NCBI GenBank assembly: GCA_001780775.1 | Contig: MFIO01000014.1 | Location: 5,884 to 53,682 of the forward strand | Length of the DNA stretch: 47,799 bases | DNA from: Candidatus Giovannonibacteria bacterium RIFCSPLOWO2_12_FULL_43_11c | Lineage (GTDB): Bacteria; Patescibacteriota; Minisyncoccia; JACPKW01; UBA11713 | Direction of reading: 5' to 3' | Part shown: piece by piece, positions 46,981 through 47,799 of the stretch | How the letters are laid out: every line of letters begins with the position of its first letter | How positions within the stretch are numbered: the stretch's first letter is position 1 | Notes under the pieces: generated by a model | What the model was told of the DNA's origin: nothing | What the model saw: only the letters and a program-made list of their open reading frames with translations | Database searches by the model: none | Made by a program: the position numbers and the translations under genes

Positions 46981-47799
46981 TTACTGACTGAATTTTTCTT
47001 TGAGTTTCTCCTCCTTTTTTTTAATTTTTTCCTCAAGACCGCGCCTTGCGAAATCGTATTCATTCATATCGGCTTTGATAAAGGAAGCAATTATTGGATA
47101 GGCCTTCTGGATCAATTTAAATTTCTCCTGCGCGACGTGGCGATAATCCGGGTGTCCCTGCGAGCCAGTCCGAAGCTCTATTTCCCAAAACGCCTGCCGC
47201 ACATTTTGATATTGATAAAATCGCACTCGATGAAAAAGAGTCGTCGCGTATTGCGCGTGCTCCTCTCCGAGCTTTGACACAATTTTTTGATAAAGCTTTT
47301 CCACTTTCTCCATTGCTTTATGAACATGATCCGCGAGCCCAGCCTCTTCTATCTCCGGAGGAACATCATATCCGTGGACAACCGTAAAAAACTGGCGTTC
47401 TTGTGTGTGCATGCGGTGACGGTGCAAATCGCGATACGCTCCCGCGTTCAAAACAATCTCAAAGCGCATGAAAGCGTTCTCGAACGCTCTCCCGACTTTC
47501 TGCCATCGCTCTCCCCTACCTTCGAGATATTTTGCAATAATCCGCTTCTTTTCCTCCGCGCTCATTTTTTTTGCGGCGTCAATCAAATTCGCCCAGCTTG
47601 ATTTTGATGCAGGAAAAAGTATTCCGGCTACTATCGCCGCCTCGCCGTCCTGATCGTAATTCGCAAGTAGGACTTCGGCCTTGCTGGCTTTAATGACGAA
47701 AGATTCGGCCTCCGGTCTGATTCTATCTTTTTTGCCGGCCAAATATTTCTGGTATTCCTTGGATTTCACCTCGTCGAGGCGCAAAAGTAGCGAGCCAAT
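46981..47799 (-). CDS. thyX: Flavin-dependent thymidylate synthase (long/tandem type), C-terminal part; starts beyond the window
   Basis: RAFE, AYRDLHRHRM and ELRTGSQGHPDYR; the frame stays open to the window end. Confidence 0.85.
   Translation of the reverse strand: MGSLLLRLDEVKSKEYQKYLAGKKDRIRPEAESFVIKASKAEVLLANYDQDGEAAIVAGILFPASKSSWANLIDAAKKMSAEEKKRIIAKYLEGRGERWQKVGRAFENAFMRFEIVLNAGAYRDLHRHRMHTQERQFFTVVHGYDVPPEIEEAGLADHVHKAMEKVEKLYQKIVSKLGEEHAQYATTLFHRVRFYQYQNVRQAFWEIELRTGSQGHPDYRHVAQEKFKLIQKAYPIIASFIKADMNEYDFARRGLEEKIKKKEEKLKEKFSQ

Noticed and set aside
611-47653. Numerous ORF-track entries antisense to or nested in long genes (e.g. 37629-38213, 26516-26989, 33119-33559, 27647-28180)
   Set aside because: Shadow frames of well-supported genes with no motifs or initiation signals of their own.
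1-47799. CRISPR array, tRNA/rRNA, IS element, prophage, retron/DGR
   Set aside because: By eye I saw no regularly spaced repeats, cloverleaf or rRNA-like segments, and no transposase, integrase, phage structural or reverse transcriptase ORFs. Intergenic gaps are short. A covariance-model scan was not possible.

Overview
Bacterial chromosomal DNA, almost all coded on the minus strand, translation table 11. Gene content and style suggest a CPR/Patescibacteria (Parcubacteria-like) genome; this is an inference from the split transketolase, ThyX, compact RpoB/RpoC, CPDGS/PsbP-like surface protein and many leaderless starts. Left part (1-12.6 kb): a pentose-phosphate/glycolysis/redox cluster (tktC, tktN, rpe, pyrG, rpiB, gap, trxB, DsbA-like) interrupted by a DUF2339/DUF3999 pair and two RelE-type toxin-antitoxin modules. 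The second module is preceded by a clear 47-bp leftover copy of the rpiB 5' end; the first may have a decayed copy of the tktN 5' end. Middle part (12.6-28.5 kb): an accessory island with two modular surface proteins sharing a C-terminal domain, a TPR protein, and the best candidate for a new system. That candidate comprises three PaaK-like adenylate-forming enzymes (one intact, two degenerate), two paralogous membrane-anchored alpha/alpha-barrel proteins, a 455-aa unknown protein, and two small proteins with a Cys-Gly-Gly motif at or near the C-terminus (one is missing from the ORF track). A sodium:solute symporter and a truncated UbiD close the island. Right part (28.5-47.8 kb): histidine kinase, DUF4015, DUF192, recA, ftsK, a hairpin-bounded Nudix/orphan insert, rpoC, rpoB, secF, secD, a degenerate DHFR fused to a HIT-like tail, and a partial thyX. 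I found no rRNA, tRNA, CRISPR array, integrase or transposase. All family calls come from motif recognition by eye; no searches were run.
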